From positions 41,051 through 105,050 of the forward strand of contig JACAVV010000013.1 of NCBI GenBank assembly GCA_024648695.1: a stretch of 64,000 nucleotides of DNA, read 5' to 3'. The notes below the pieces were generated by a model. That model searched no databases. It was not told where the DNA came from and worked only from the letters and a program-made list of their open reading frames with translations. How positions within the stretch are numbered: the first letter of the stretch is position 1; every line of letters begins with the position of its first letter. The position numbers and the translations under genes were made by a program. Shown one piece after another: positions 38,279-48,227 of the stretch. The DNA is from Nitrospina sp. (GTDB lineage: Bacteria > Nitrospinota > Nitrospinia > Nitrospinales > JACRGP01).

Positions 38279-39226
38279 TCAAGGTTCTTTATCCAGATCC
38301 TTGCGTTTGACCCTCACCTGAATGTCCTCAAGAATTTGCCGATTCACCTTTATCAAGTCAGCAACAATACCCATAACAATTATATGGAACCCGACGATCA
38401 ACAGGATGGATGCAAGAATCAAAGACTGGATATGGCCTGCAGTTTGTCCCTGGAAGAAAAAGTACAAGTATCGACAACCAATTCCAAACCCAATCAAGAA
38501 AGGGATACCGCCAACGATAGTGAACACCTTCATCGGTTTGTACATAGAATAAAGCCGTACAATGGTGGCTATTGAGCGCCGAATGTATTCCACTAAATTC
38601 GAGAAAAGTCTGGACTCCCTCAACTTAGGATTAGTCCTTATGGGCACATGCTGGATTGACAATTTCTTTTTTCCCGCACTGATGATGGTTTCCAGAGTGT
38701 AGGTAAAATCGGAGATTACATTCAGTTCCATAGCCCCTTCGCGCGAATAGGCTCGAAAACCGCTGGTCGTATCCGGGATATTCGTTCCGGAGACACGCCG
38801 CACCACCCAGCTACCCAGTTTTTGTAAAAACTTCTTCATAGGAGAAAAATGTTCGATGGTAGCCACCTGCCTGTCTCCCACCACCACATCGGCCTTCCCA
38901 AACAGAATTGGCTGAATCAATTTTTCAATATCCGCGCCATAATACTGGTTGTCAGCATCGGTATTGACAATGATATCGGCTCCTAATTTCAAAGAATGCT
39001 CGATACCGCGGATAAATGCCGTTGCCAGGCCTTTATTCTTGGGCCAACTCAAAATGTGGTTTGCCCCATACTCTTTTGCTACTTCTATGGTGCGATCCGA
39101 ACTGCCATCATCAATGACAAGAGTCTCTATAGAATCAATGCCCTCAATCTTTTCAGGCAGATCCTTCAAAGTGACGGGAAGCGTATTTTCTTCGTTCAAA
39201 CAGGGGATTTGGATGATCAATTTCAC
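38279..39226 (-). CDS. GT2 polyprenyl-phosphate sugar synthase type (GtrB/ArnC/DPM1-like) with two C-terminal TM helices
   Basis: LIIQIPCLNEENTLPVTL...VIDDGSSDRT, NTDADNQY. C-terminal TMs VFTIVGGIPFLIGFGIGCRYLYFF and SLILASILLIVGFHIIVMGIVADL. Confidence 0.85.
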   Translation of the reverse strand: MKLIIQIPCLNEENTLPVTLKDLPEKIEGIDSIETLVIDDGSSDRTIEVAKEYGANHILSWPKNKGLATAFIRGIEHSLKLGADIIVNTDADNQYYGADIEKLIQPILFGKADVVVGDRQVATIEHFSPMKKFLQKLGSWVVRRVSGTNIPDTTSGFRAYSREGAMELNVISDFTYTLETIISAGKKKLSIQHVPIRTNPKLRESRLFSNLVEYIRRSIATIVRLYSMYKPMKVFTIVGGIPFLIGFGIGCRYLYFFFQGQTAGHIQSLILASILLIVGFHIIVMGIVADLIKVNRQILEDIQVRVKRKDLDKEP

Positions 39227-39252
39227 AATATGGACGCGAGAAATGAGGGCTG

Positions 39253-40896
39253 TTATTTTATCAACTGAAAAATGAAAATCTCATTGGATTCCTGAGGATC
39301 GGAAAAATAATGCAGTTGAATGTCGTAGGAATTATTGATCCGGCGGGGAAATGATTTCAAAATTGTTTTGCGGTAAGGGTTTTTCTCCAGAATTTCCACC
39401 AGGGTTTTATCGAAGACAGACCTCTTGGTCTTTCCAGATAAAAGATCCACTTGTTCGCCTCTCAGAACGATCCAATCCGGAAACGAATCGGAAGTCATCT
39501 CCTCATTGTAGAACATTTTGAATCCGCTATAAAATGCGAAGGCGTTAATCTCGTTATCAATATAGCATGTTTCCCCTGGTTTGCCATGCGTTTTAAAAAA
39601 CTCCACCACCCGGTCCAGCGGCCCCTGCACAGGATGGCGAATTTCACGGATTCGGTCCAGAGCCACGGAGCGCCAGGAAACTTCACGATTGATGGTATGG
39701 GCAACTCCACGCCAGTAGGGATTCTTAAAATCCCTGTCCAATAGCCATTTAACAGGCATCAAGGGTCCAACATGCAAAAAATTACTGACTACAATAATAA
39801 AAACCAGGACCCCTTTACCCACCGTGGGCAATGGAACTGCTTCCACAATAATTATGGAAAGCAAAATAAAAAACAAAGGAAAGGTCGCAGAGATGTATTG
39901 AAAAAAGGGAATGGAATGCGTGGTTGCGGCCAGGATGGAGGTCCCAATACAAACTCCAAGCAAGACTACTGCAAACTTGCGACTACGAAAAGTGGACCCC
40001 AAAAAAAATATTAACAAAACGAAGGGGAACAAATAGGTATTGGTTTGAAACAAAAATGCCCCTGCATGTTTTAGGTATGCAAAGACGGATGAATCGATCA
40101 AAGAACTTCCAACTTTATAAAATTCCTCTATGCGTTGAAACATCGGTGAGATCATAATCAACCAGGGCAAAGTAAAAATGATAATCGTTAACGCGGCTTT
40201 GCCAACGCGTTTGTAGTGGTCCCGTCCCCATTGCTTTCTGTGCATTAAAAAATGGAGGGTGATTCCAAGGATCAACCCACCAAAAGCAACAAACATGGTG
40301 TGGAACAGTATGATCGCTACCAAAGAAAAGGGTAAATAATTCCACGGTCGGGATTGAAATAATTCCAGGTACAAAATCAATAGCAAGGTCGAAAGGAGAA
40401 TGGGAACCGCAATGTATCGCGCCGTTTGAAAGTAAAGGATAGCTGGCACAGACGACGCCAGGAAAAAGGCTGATAAAAGAGCAATGGATTTCTTTTCAGT
40501 CAATCGCCAGGCCAACAGGTAGGTTGAAAACACAGACAGGATTCCGCAAACCGCAAAGGGTAAACGCGCGGCCAGAGTGGTCTTCCCTAATACCAGGATC
40601 GAAGCCGCCTGCAGGTAATAAGGAATCCAGGTGCGATAAATAAAAGGTCCATCATAAATATCTGCAAAATCCATCGCATGGTTGATTCCATCCGAATGAC
40701 GCGGGTAACCATATTTTAAAATGGTGGTCGAAATGAAAGTGTCCAACCCTTCATCTACCTGCAAGACATTTTGGGTCAGTCCTGAAAGTATCGTGACAAA
40801 GGAATAGATCAACAGGAAGCTTAAAGGTATTTTATGGTGGGACACGAATTTCAGAAAAGGCACGCGGGGTTCTTTTATTAGAGGAAGGATTATCAA
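39253..40896 (-). CDS. GT-C type (ArnT/PMT, GT39/83-like) polytopic glycosyltransferase
   Basis: 547 aa. ~400-aa multi-TM N-terminal region with an early loop VDEGLDTFISTTILKYGYPRH (acidic DE-type loop), plus a ~150-aa C-terminal soluble domain. Lies directly downstream of the GtrB-like GT2. Confidence 0.65.
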   Translation of the reverse strand: MIILPLIKEPRVPFLKFVSHHKIPLSFLLIYSFVTILSGLTQNVLQVDEGLDTFISTTILKYGYPRHSDGINHAMDFADIYDGPFIYRTWIPYYLQAASILVLGKTTLAARLPFAVCGILSVFSTYLLAWRLTEKKSIALLSAFFLASSVPAILYFQTARYIAVPILLSTLLLILYLELFQSRPWNYLPFSLVAIILFHTMFVAFGGLILGITLHFLMHRKQWGRDHYKRVGKAALTIIIFTLPWLIMISPMFQRIEEFYKVGSSLIDSSVFAYLKHAGAFLFQTNTYLFPFVLLIFFLGSTFRSRKFAVVLLGVCIGTSILAATTHSIPFFQYISATFPLFFILLSIIIVEAVPLPTVGKGVLVFIIVVSNFLHVGPLMPVKWLLDRDFKNPYWRGVAHTINREVSWRSVALDRIREIRHPVQGPLDRVVEFFKTHGKPGETCYIDNEINAFAFYSGFKMFYNEEMTSDSFPDWIVLRGEQVDLLSGKTKRSVFDKTLVEILEKNPYRKTILKSFPRRINNSYDIQLHYFSDPQESNEIFIFQLIK

Positions 40897-41058
40897 GCGC
40901 TAAAGCCGCATTATAAAGTAAAAACACTCTTTTTAAAAAGGTTTCCCATCGAATTTTTAAATAGAGCTTGCCTTTTGAGTTAAGAATTTCAACAATATGA
41001 GTGCGATGGTGCACAAAACTCATTTTTTCAATGTCCGTTTCCCAGGAGATAAGTTTCC

Positions 41059-41796
41059 TTGAATTCATCCACACCCGAACTGTCGGTCGTTGTCCTCTGC
41101 TACCAAAGCGGCAAAACCATCCCTTCCTTTGTTGGGCCTCTGATAGACTCCTTAAACGAAAATGAGCCCAACTGGGAAATAATACTGGTCGGAAATTATC
41201 GTGAAGGCTCCGGAGATAATACTCCTGAAGTGGTGAAGGAACTGGCGCAACAGAACGAGCGTATCCAGGCAGTCACCCTGAAAAAAGAAGGCATGATGGG
41301 CTGGGATATGCGTTCGGGTTTAAGCCGGGCGAGAGGAAACTTTATTTCAGTGATTGACGGTGACGGGCAAATGCCTTATGAGGATATCATTCGATGCTAC
41401 AAAAAGATAAGCAACGAGAACCTGGACCTGGTAAAAACATACAGGGATGAGAGGGACGATGGCATTTACCGATTGATCATTTCAAAAATATTCAATTCTC
41501 TGTTTAAACTATTGTTTCCCGGATTAAAAAGCCGTGACATCAATTCCAAACCCAAAATCATGCGTAAAAGCGTTTATGACGCTATGGACTTGCAGTCCAA
41601 TGGCTGGTTTATTGATGCTGAAATCATGATTCAGGCGCGCCGCATGAAAATTCGCGTTGGAGAAATTCCCACTGTTTTCAAAAACCTGTTTTCCCGCCCC
41701 TCTTTTATTAAGCCGATAGCAATCCTTGAGTTTTTGGGAAACCTGATCTTGCACCGTATAGCTGAGTGGAAATATTTATTTAAATCAGGAACCTGA
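41059..41796 (+). CDS. Family 2 glycosyltransferase
   Basis: LSVVVLCYQSGKTI..., IDGDGQMPYEDI. TTG start as given by the track. Confidence 0.85.
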   Translation: MNSSTPELSVVVLCYQSGKTIPSFVGPLIDSLNENEPNWEIILVGNYREGSGDNTPEVVKELAQQNERIQAVTLKKEGMMGWDMRSGLSRARGNFISVIDGDGQMPYEDIIRCYKKISNENLDLVKTYRDERDDGIYRLIISKIFNSLFKLLFPGLKSRDINSKPKIMRKSVYDAMDLQSNGWFIDAEIMIQARRMKIRVGEIPTVFKNLFSRPSFIKPIAILEFLGNLILHRIAEWKYLFKSGT

Positions 41797-41835
41797 GTAT
41801 CTGTTTTTCCTAAAACCGTTACATCCAATCCAGAT

Positions 41836-42735
41836 ATGAAAATTCTCATTACGGGAGCGTCCGGCGGACTGGGCACACAGTTGTTAAAAGCGCTTTTGAA
41901 AGCGAATGATATCTCCTTGAAAGTACTTATTCACAAAAAGCCCATTCCGTCATTAAACCAGAAACCTGAAGAGGTGACAGGCTCGCTTGAAGACCGAAAC
42001 AGTTTAATTTCTGCTGTGCACGGGATAGATACTGTCGTGCACCTGGCGGCTAAAACCCACAGCAATTCGTCTCAGGATTATTTTCGAATCAATACCCAGG
42101 GAACCCAAAACCTGCTTGAGGTTTGTGAAACTTCTGAAATAAAACGTTTCATTTATGTTAGCTCCTTTGCGGCTGGAGAACATGGAGGCCCCTATGCCAG
42201 AAGCAAATTCCTTGCTGAAAAACTGGTACAGGCCTCAGACATAGATTGGGTCATTTTGAGACCTTCCGAAGTATACGGTCCGGGCAGTCCCGATGCCATT
42301 AACCAATTGATCGGCCTCATACAAAAATCGCCCATTATACCCATAATAGGAGATGGATCTTACATTTTAAGTCCCGTAGCAATTGATGATATTGTACCCG
42401 CCATGGTCGAGGCCATTGTGTCTGAAAACTTAAAAAATGCACGCATCGATTTGACCGGACCTGAATCCATGACTTTCACTTCATTGATAGAAAGGATCGA
42501 GAGTTATCTGGGACTGAAAAGAACCAAATTGTTTATCCCCTTGTCGCTGGCAAAATTGGCAGTGGAATTCCTGATTCTTTTAAAAGAGGACGCCATTGCC
42601 CGTGACCAAATTCCGCGTTTGGTGAATCCAAGGGATTCAATTTCCTCAAGACCCAAAAGTCGGTCGGGGTATCAACCAAAGTCCTTAGAGCAAGGTTTGG
42701 AGAAAATCATTCTTTTAGGGGATAGACACGTTTAA
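41836..42735 (+). CDS. NAD(P)-dependent epimerase/dehydratase (extended SDR)
   Basis: MKILITGASGGLG (Rossmann loop) and YARSK (YxxxK). Confidence 0.85.
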   Translation: MKILITGASGGLGTQLLKALLKANDISLKVLIHKKPIPSLNQKPEEVTGSLEDRNSLISAVHGIDTVVHLAAKTHSNSSQDYFRINTQGTQNLLEVCETSEIKRFIYVSSFAAGEHGGPYARSKFLAEKLVQASDIDWVILRPSEVYGPGSPDAINQLIGLIQKSPIIPIIGDGSYILSPVAIDDIVPAMVEAIVSENLKNARIDLTGPESMTFTSLIERIESYLGLKRTKLFIPLSLAKLAVEFLILLKEDAIARDQIPRLVNPRDSISSRPKSRSGYQPKSLEQGLEKIILLGDRHV

Positions 42736-42792
42736 CTAACTACAGGTAAGGCTAACATGACACCCTCTTTCCTTTAGGTTGAAGGTGTCATG

Positions 42793-43485
42793 TCATAGAG
42801 GTTTTTGCCCTATCACAACATACTGACCGCCAAATGGCATTTCTTCAAGACAATCTTCCATAACCGATACAAGAGCCAGGAACCTGGGGAAAAAGCTTGT
42901 GTAAATGATCCTGGCTTTGGATATTCCCGCCCGGCGCACATCCTGTTTTAAGCGCAGGGAACTAATTAAAACAGCATCTTTATCAAACTCACAGTCACGA
43001 ACGATTTTGCAAGTCATGGGATTCCACGGGTTGTGTTCCCAGATACCTAAAAAACCTCCCGGCACAAGGCGATCCACCAAAGTTAATAAATGGTCTCTTC
43101 TTTCTGCCGGTGGAATATGGTGAAACACTCCCGCTGAAAAAATGAGATCATAATCCTGGTGTTTCCAATCGTAATCACCGACATGAAAAAAGGGGCTATT
43201 GTTCCCAAACTTGGAACGAGCGGTCTCAACCATTTTGGGTGAAGCATCCACTCCAGTATAAATACCGCGCGGGAAATACTGGCTAAACTCGGAATACAGA
43301 TTTCCCACACCGCAACCGTAGTCCAGAAATCGAAATGACTGCTCAACCAATCCAGAAAACAACCGCTTGAGTTTCTTTAACTTGGCCCGAACAAAATGCT
43401 GGGGATCATAGCCGGAAAGCTTTACGGCATCTTGCAAGACCTCTTCATAATTTTGGGAATGGGAATCAAAGGAATCCGACATCAA
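42793..43485 (-). CDS. Class I SAM-dependent methyltransferase
   Basis: FLDYGCGVGNL motif I, IFSAGVFHHI, GGFLGIWEHNP. Confidence 0.85.
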   Translation of the reverse strand: MMSDSFDSHSQNYEEVLQDAVKLSGYDPQHFVRAKLKKLKRLFSGLVEQSFRFLDYGCGVGNLYSEFSQYFPRGIYTGVDASPKMVETARSKFGNNSPFFHVGDYDWKHQDYDLIFSAGVFHHIPPAERRDHLLTLVDRLVPGGFLGIWEHNPWNPMTCKIVRDCEFDKDAVLISSLRLKQDVRRAGISKARIIYTSFFPRFLALVSVMEDCLEEMPFGGQYVVIGQKPL

Positions 43486-43489
43486 TGCC

Positions 43490-44626
43490 TCATAGGGATT
43501 TATAAAGCTCTATGTATTGGGAAACAATCCGGTCCCAGGAAAAATTGTCGCCCACCTTTTTGCGAATCGCTTCCCCCATGGATTCTCGCAATCGGGAATC
43601 TCTTAATTGTGTGAGCCGCTCACTAATAATTTCCGGATCGGCAGGCACTAAAAATCCGGTTTCTCCTTCCTCCACCAGATCTCTTGCCACGCCGATAGGT
43701 GTCGCAATGATGGGAAGTCCAGAAGCCGCCGCTTCCAAAAGCGGCTGGCCGAAGTTTTCGTACCGGGAAGGATACACAAACACATCGGCTTCAGAGTAAT
43801 ATTTCATCAAATCCGCACGCTTTTGGGGGCCTTCCCAACGTACGTGATTTTCAACGTTCCAATCCCGGGCCAGACCTTTTAACTCATCCAGATACCCTGA
43901 TTTCTCACTGCTACTGGTGCGCTCTTCACCTCCGACCAGAATGACTTCATAAGGGAAAGTTAAATTCTTGACCGCTTTTAATAAAAGTTCAATTCGGCGA
44001 ACACGTGCAAGGCGTCCCACCATCAATATTTTCAAAACCCCGGATCGACCCCTGCGATCAACCGGTTTCAAAAATTCCGGTGCGATTCCAGCAGGTATGA
44101 TTTTTATTTTTTTTCGTTGAACACCAAAGTCGATGGCATCCTGATATTCAAACCGGGACGAAACCACAACGCAGTCGGCTCGTTTCACGGCCATTTTCAA
44201 ACTCACTGAGTCGTAAAGACGGTAGGGAAGTTTTTGCAGGCCCGATTGCAAATAGTGTTTATAACCCAATAAGGACCCATGAGAATTAAGAACGAAGGGT
44301 TTTCGTTTCAGTTTGGCAAAAAAAAAAGCGGCATCAGTCTGGAAGTTTCGGTAGTTGTGACTATGAATCACATCGAAGCCTTTCAGGTGCCGTAGCATAC
44401 CCAATCCCACACAATAGCGCATCGCTTGAAACTGGCTGGGCACCCGTGTGACGTGCACACCCTGTATCCATTCCTGCCGGGGCAAACTATCGGAGACATC
44501 ACTATAGCTTGTGATTAGGGGAGACGAAACCCCCCGTTTTTCGAGGCCGCTTGAAATTTGATACGCCTGGTTGACGGGACCGCAAATATAAGGGAGGAAG
44601 GTTTCAATGGTTCTTAAAACAATCAA
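43490..44626 (-). CDS. Family 4 (GT-B) glycosyltransferase
   Basis: ENFGQPLLEAAASGLPIIATPIGVARDLV (EX7E). TTG start overlapping the upstream stop (TTGA). Confidence 0.9.
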   Translation of the reverse strand: MIVLRTIETFLPYICGPVNQAYQISSGLEKRGVSSPLITSYSDVSDSLPRQEWIQGVHVTRVPSQFQAMRYCVGLGMLRHLKGFDVIHSHNYRNFQTDAAFFFAKLKRKPFVLNSHGSLLGYKHYLQSGLQKLPYRLYDSVSLKMAVKRADCVVVSSRFEYQDAIDFGVQRKKIKIIPAGIAPEFLKPVDRRGRSGVLKILMVGRLARVRRIELLLKAVKNLTFPYEVILVGGEERTSSSEKSGYLDELKGLARDWNVENHVRWEGPQKRADLMKYYSEADVFVYPSRYENFGQPLLEAAASGLPIIATPIGVARDLVEEGETGFLVPADPEIISERLTQLRDSRLRESMGEAIRKKVGDNFSWDRIVSQYIELYKSL

Positions 44627-45024
44627 AACTTATCCAGGCTGGTAGGCGTCCTTTCCAAGGTACGATCCGCATACATCTGTTCCTCAAGCGAAGATTTCTC
44701 CTGGTATAAAATCGCCACATGCTGTGTGAGCCGGCGTACCTGATTGGTCAAGGCCGAAATTCGAATGGAAAAATGCAAACAAATGATAACCAAAAATAAC
44801 AGGCCGAAGAAAAATAAGGTCGAGGTGAATAAGGTAGCGCCCACCAGGTCGGAAATCCAAATCAACAGTTCGTCGAATATGGAAAGAACCAGCATGACCG
44901 ATCCTGTCACCAACCACCCGAGAGAGTATTCTTCGTTTAGGTGTTTTCTGCGCACGAGTTCAAAGACATAAGCCACCAAAACGATACAAATCAATATGGA
45001 AATAATTCTAATAGGAGGAGGCAT
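44623..45024 (-). CDS. Small 3-4 TM membrane protein (DUF2304-like / GtrA-like partner of the upstream GT2)
   Basis: 133 aa with hydrophobic helices followed by an amphipathic C-terminal helix. Starts 4 nt after the GT2 stop. The family call is from memory of the GT2+DUF2304 pairing. Confidence 0.45.
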   Translation of the reverse strand: MPPPIRIISILICIVLVAYVFELVRRKHLNEEYSLGWLVTGSVMLVLSIFDELLIWISDLVGATLFTSTLFFFGLLFLVIICLHFSIRISALTNQVRRLTQHVAILYQEKSSLEEQMYADRTLERTPTSLDKF

Positions 45025-45028
45025 TGAA

Positions 45029-45799
45029 TCAGAACCTTGGTTTTTGGCGAAGCAGGGTTACGATTATGGAAAGAAACATTTTAAAAATATAGTACAAAGT
45101 CTTATGTCCCCGATGCATGGAAATATTTTCTTTATTAGGGAACATATTGACAGGCACCTCACGAATCTTGAATCCGAAGCGGTGCAACAGAATGATGAAA
45201 TCTGCATCCGGATAATCCGGCGGAAAGAAATCACTCGCCATAAAACGAATAGCTTTCCCTTTGATAGCTTGAAAGCCGGAAGTAGGATCTGTGACCTTTT
45301 GGCGGATGATCATGGAAGCCAATCTTCCAAATATCAAAATTCCCGCACGACGGGCAAAGGTGGACGAATATTGGCAGGTTCCAATAAACCGGGACCCGAT
45401 AACCACATCTACATCCTCCCGCTGTATTTCTTCCAGAAGGTCTTTCAGGGATTTGGGGTCATGCTGGCCATCTCCATCCATTTGAATGACCACCGAATAA
45501 TCCTTTTGCAAAGCATAGATAAACCCGGTTTGAAGAGCCACCCCATAACCTGAATTAAATGGCAGGGAAATCACCATAGCGCCATGATTCCTAGCGACTT
45601 TAACCGTTTCGTCCGAGGAACCATCGTCAATTACAAGAACAGGAATATCGCCCACTTCACGACGAATACCATCAATCACCAGACCTACATTCTTCGCTTC
45701 ATTGAACGAGGGGATCACCACCAGGGTGTTCGGATAGGTTCTGGAAGGAGGAGCGGTCGGCAGAGTTCCAGATAATGTCTCTTGAATGGTGGGATTCAT
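45029..45799 (-). CDS. Family 2 glycosyltransferase (polyprenyl-phosphate sugar synthase-like, soluble)
   Basis: LVVIPSFNEAKNVGLVIDGI...LVIDDGSSDET and QMDGDGQHDP, the DPM1/GtrB-type catalytic core without C-terminal TMs. Confidence 0.9.
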   Translation of the reverse strand: MNPTIQETLSGTLPTAPPSRTYPNTLVVIPSFNEAKNVGLVIDGIRREVGDIPVLVIDDGSSDETVKVARNHGAMVISLPFNSGYGVALQTGFIYALQKDYSVVIQMDGDGQHDPKSLKDLLEEIQREDVDVVIGSRFIGTCQYSSTFARRAGILIFGRLASMIIRQKVTDPTSGFQAIKGKAIRFMASDFFPPDYPDADFIILLHRFGFKIREVPVNMFPNKENISMHRGHKTLYYIFKMFLSIIVTLLRQKPRF

Positions 45800-46129
45800 A
45801 ATTATCCCTTCAGCCCGGGACTATCGGCAAGCATGGAAAACAGGATCCAAAATTTGTTATAAATTCCAATATATTTACTAAATATTGTAGCACTCAAAGA
45901 ACGGCCAATGCAAAACAAGAAACTCTTCCCAATGGGATTCTTGTAAAACCGGTCCTTAAATATTATGAACGGTTTTTAGGGCGAATACTTGAGGCAAATC
46001 ATCACAAAGATACTAGCTTATTCTGCCTGGAGAGTAAACAAAAGGATTGAAAAATAAAGCATTTTGAATTTGTATAATTCGGACAAACCGAATCCCGGGA
46101 TTTCAAAACAAGCAGGAAACAGCCGGCAT

Positions 46130-46549
46130 TCAGACCTGGCTGGGTTCCTGTTCTTTGGGAGCCCGGCTTTTTCTTCGATCCTTACCTGGTAATTTATAGC
46201 CTTCCTGCAACATATCCAGGGTTTCTCTCAGTCGCTGACTCAATACCTTCAGCAAAGGCTTCAATAGCTCTGGCTCCAGTTTTGAAAGGGTTTCAAAACG
46301 TTCTTTGGTGATAATAGAAATCGTGGTGTCTTCCAAGGCCTTGGCAGTGGCAGATCGAGGCAGGTTATCTATCAAACCCATTTCTCCAAAAATATCGTCT
46401 TCTTCAAGGACCCCCAACACCCTTTTCCCCCCCTGGGAATCGGAAGTGGAAATTTCCACCTTACCGCATTCAATGATATACGCGGAATCACTGGTACTCC
46501 CTTCGTAAAAAATGGTTTCACCTTTTACGTAACTGTGTCTTATGGACAT
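46130..46549 (-). CDS. Stand-alone cyclic-nucleotide-binding (CAP/Crp effector) domain protein
   Basis: 139 aa. FGEMGLIDNLPRSATAKA is the cNMP phosphate-binding cassette. No HTH or other output domain. Confidence 0.85.
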   Translation of the reverse strand: MSIRHSYVKGETIFYEGSTSDSAYIIECGKVEISTSDSQGGKRVLGVLEEDDIFGEMGLIDNLPRSATAKALEDTTISIITKERFETLSKLEPELLKPLLKVLSQRLRETLDMLQEGYKLPGKDRRKSRAPKEQEPSQV

Positions 46550-46735
46550 GGTCTTATTCCCATTATCGGTTTCAAAAAACCTGACAGGCCTTTCTACCTA
46601 AAAAAAGAAAAACTAATAAATATTTGAATTGGATACTCTTACTATAGCAGAAAAACCATGCCTGTAAAAGTAAAATTAATGGCCATCATGAAACTTTTAC
46701 ATTAACCTCTCGATACCCTGAATCAAGTACTTGTC

Positions 46736-47782
46736 TCAGATAGAACGGTTTATCTTGAGAATCATTTGAAGCAACCGGCCAAAGTGCATCTTATTAAATC
46801 GAAAGACCAGTCGCGGGAGATCTACAAACTCATTATTTTTTAGTTCATCGGGCAAGGCGGCAGATGACTTAAACCATCCTTCGGCCAATATATCCTTGAA
46901 ATCAGAATTCAGCTCATTCACCAAACTCGGTGGAATTTCTTTGACAAACCTCAAAACGGTGAACTCTCTAACATACCGTAAAGAATGATATATTTTATAA
47001 AATTCAAGAATGTACCGGGTTGCATCTTCCAGGTCCCGGGCCTGATAAAACAGGTCTATATCGTCCGGGCTGATGTAGCCATTGTTTAAAATTTCTTCCT
47101 TAACGCTCCGGACCCAGGTGTTCCAATAATTCCCCCCTTCCGGCTCCAGCAGAACGATGGGTCTCGGCAGACACTTTCCGGTTTGAATGAGGGTGATGTT
47201 CTCGTATCCCTCGTCCAATGTGCCAAATCCACCGGGAAACAGAACGGTAGCATCGGACTCTTTAATGAACATCAGTTTTCTTGTAAAAAAATACTTGAAA
47301 CGCAGTAATTTATGATCTCCAACGATATAAGGGTTGGCTTTTTGTTCAAACGGCAGTTTGATATTCAATCCGAAACTATTATCAGGTCCCGCCCCCAGAT
47401 TAGCCGCCTCCATTATGCCTCCACCTGCTCCTGAGATTACCATGAGCCCAGATTCTGCCAGAATGCGCGCCAACTTTTCCGCCTGTTGATAACAAGGATC
47501 CGAAGCCGGAGTCCTGGCGGAACCGAAAACCACCACCTTTCGCTTGTCCCTGTAGGGGAAAAACATGTTGAATGCCCTGGTCATTTCTGCAAGAGAAGTG
47601 TTGACCAGTTTAAAATCTCCTACATCCTCATAATTCATTCCCATTTTCACCAGTGTGGTCAGGGTATTCTGAAAATAAGGTGCGCAATCCTTTGAGGAAC
47701 AAAGGCCAGTCAGCTCGCGGATCAACTCATCAGCTTTCGCATGCCCTGTAATGTTTAAACGTTGTTGCATAATGGACTCCAT
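46736..47782 (-). CDS. LOG-family / PpnN-like nucleotide 5'-monophosphate nucleosidase
   Basis: VVVFGSAR, SGAGGGIMEAAN and PGGFGTLDE signatures, flanked by extra N- and C-terminal domains as in YgdH/PpnN-type proteins. Confidence 0.8.
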   Translation of the reverse strand: MESIMQQRLNITGHAKADELIRELTGLCSSKDCAPYFQNTLTTLVKMGMNYEDVGDFKLVNTSLAEMTRAFNMFFPYRDKRKVVVFGSARTPASDPCYQQAEKLARILAESGLMVISGAGGGIMEAANLGAGPDNSFGLNIKLPFEQKANPYIVGDHKLLRFKYFFTRKLMFIKESDATVLFPGGFGTLDEGYENITLIQTGKCLPRPIVLLEPEGGNYWNTWVRSVKEEILNNGYISPDDIDLFYQARDLEDATRYILEFYKIYHSLRYVREFTVLRFVKEIPPSLVNELNSDFKDILAEGWFKSSAALPDELKNNEFVDLPRLVFRFNKMHFGRLLQMILKINRSI

Positions 47783-48020
47783 GGGTGGATAACTTCAAGA
47801 ACGGACCCGGACCGTATTGTCAACGGGTTGGCCCTGTGTAAGCAAAATTCCTAACTGAAAATCAAAGGGTTTCATTATCGCTGTTTATTAAACTACAGTC
47901 GAATAAATTCAATCAAGAACCGTTTCATGGTATAAAACATAACTAGAAGCCTGCAAATAACGGTTTAATCAAAGACCCGGACTTGGTACAATCTCCCGGT
48001 CTTTTTCGGGAGCTTTACTA

Positions 48021-48218
48021 ATGAGTGAAAAAACTTTAATCATATTAATATTCAGTATCTTGGGAATAGGCATTTTAAGCGTTTTTTTCGTTGCAGTTCC
48101 CTGGACCCGAAACTTCGTCATTCCCCATTGGAAAGAGATGATTCTGGACGATGGAATTATTATTCTGGCAATCGCTTTATTTGTTTATGGCGCTTACGTA
48201 AACACCAAAATGAATTAG
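48021..48218 (+). CDS. Small two-TM membrane protein (65 aa)
   Basis: Two hydrophobic helices. Ends 9 nt before yajQ. No family recognised. Confidence 0.35.
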   Translation: MSEKTLIILIFSILGIGILSVFFVAVPWTRNFVIPHWKEMILDDGIIILAIALFVYGAYVNTKMN

Positions 48219-48227
48219 GAAGGATCT

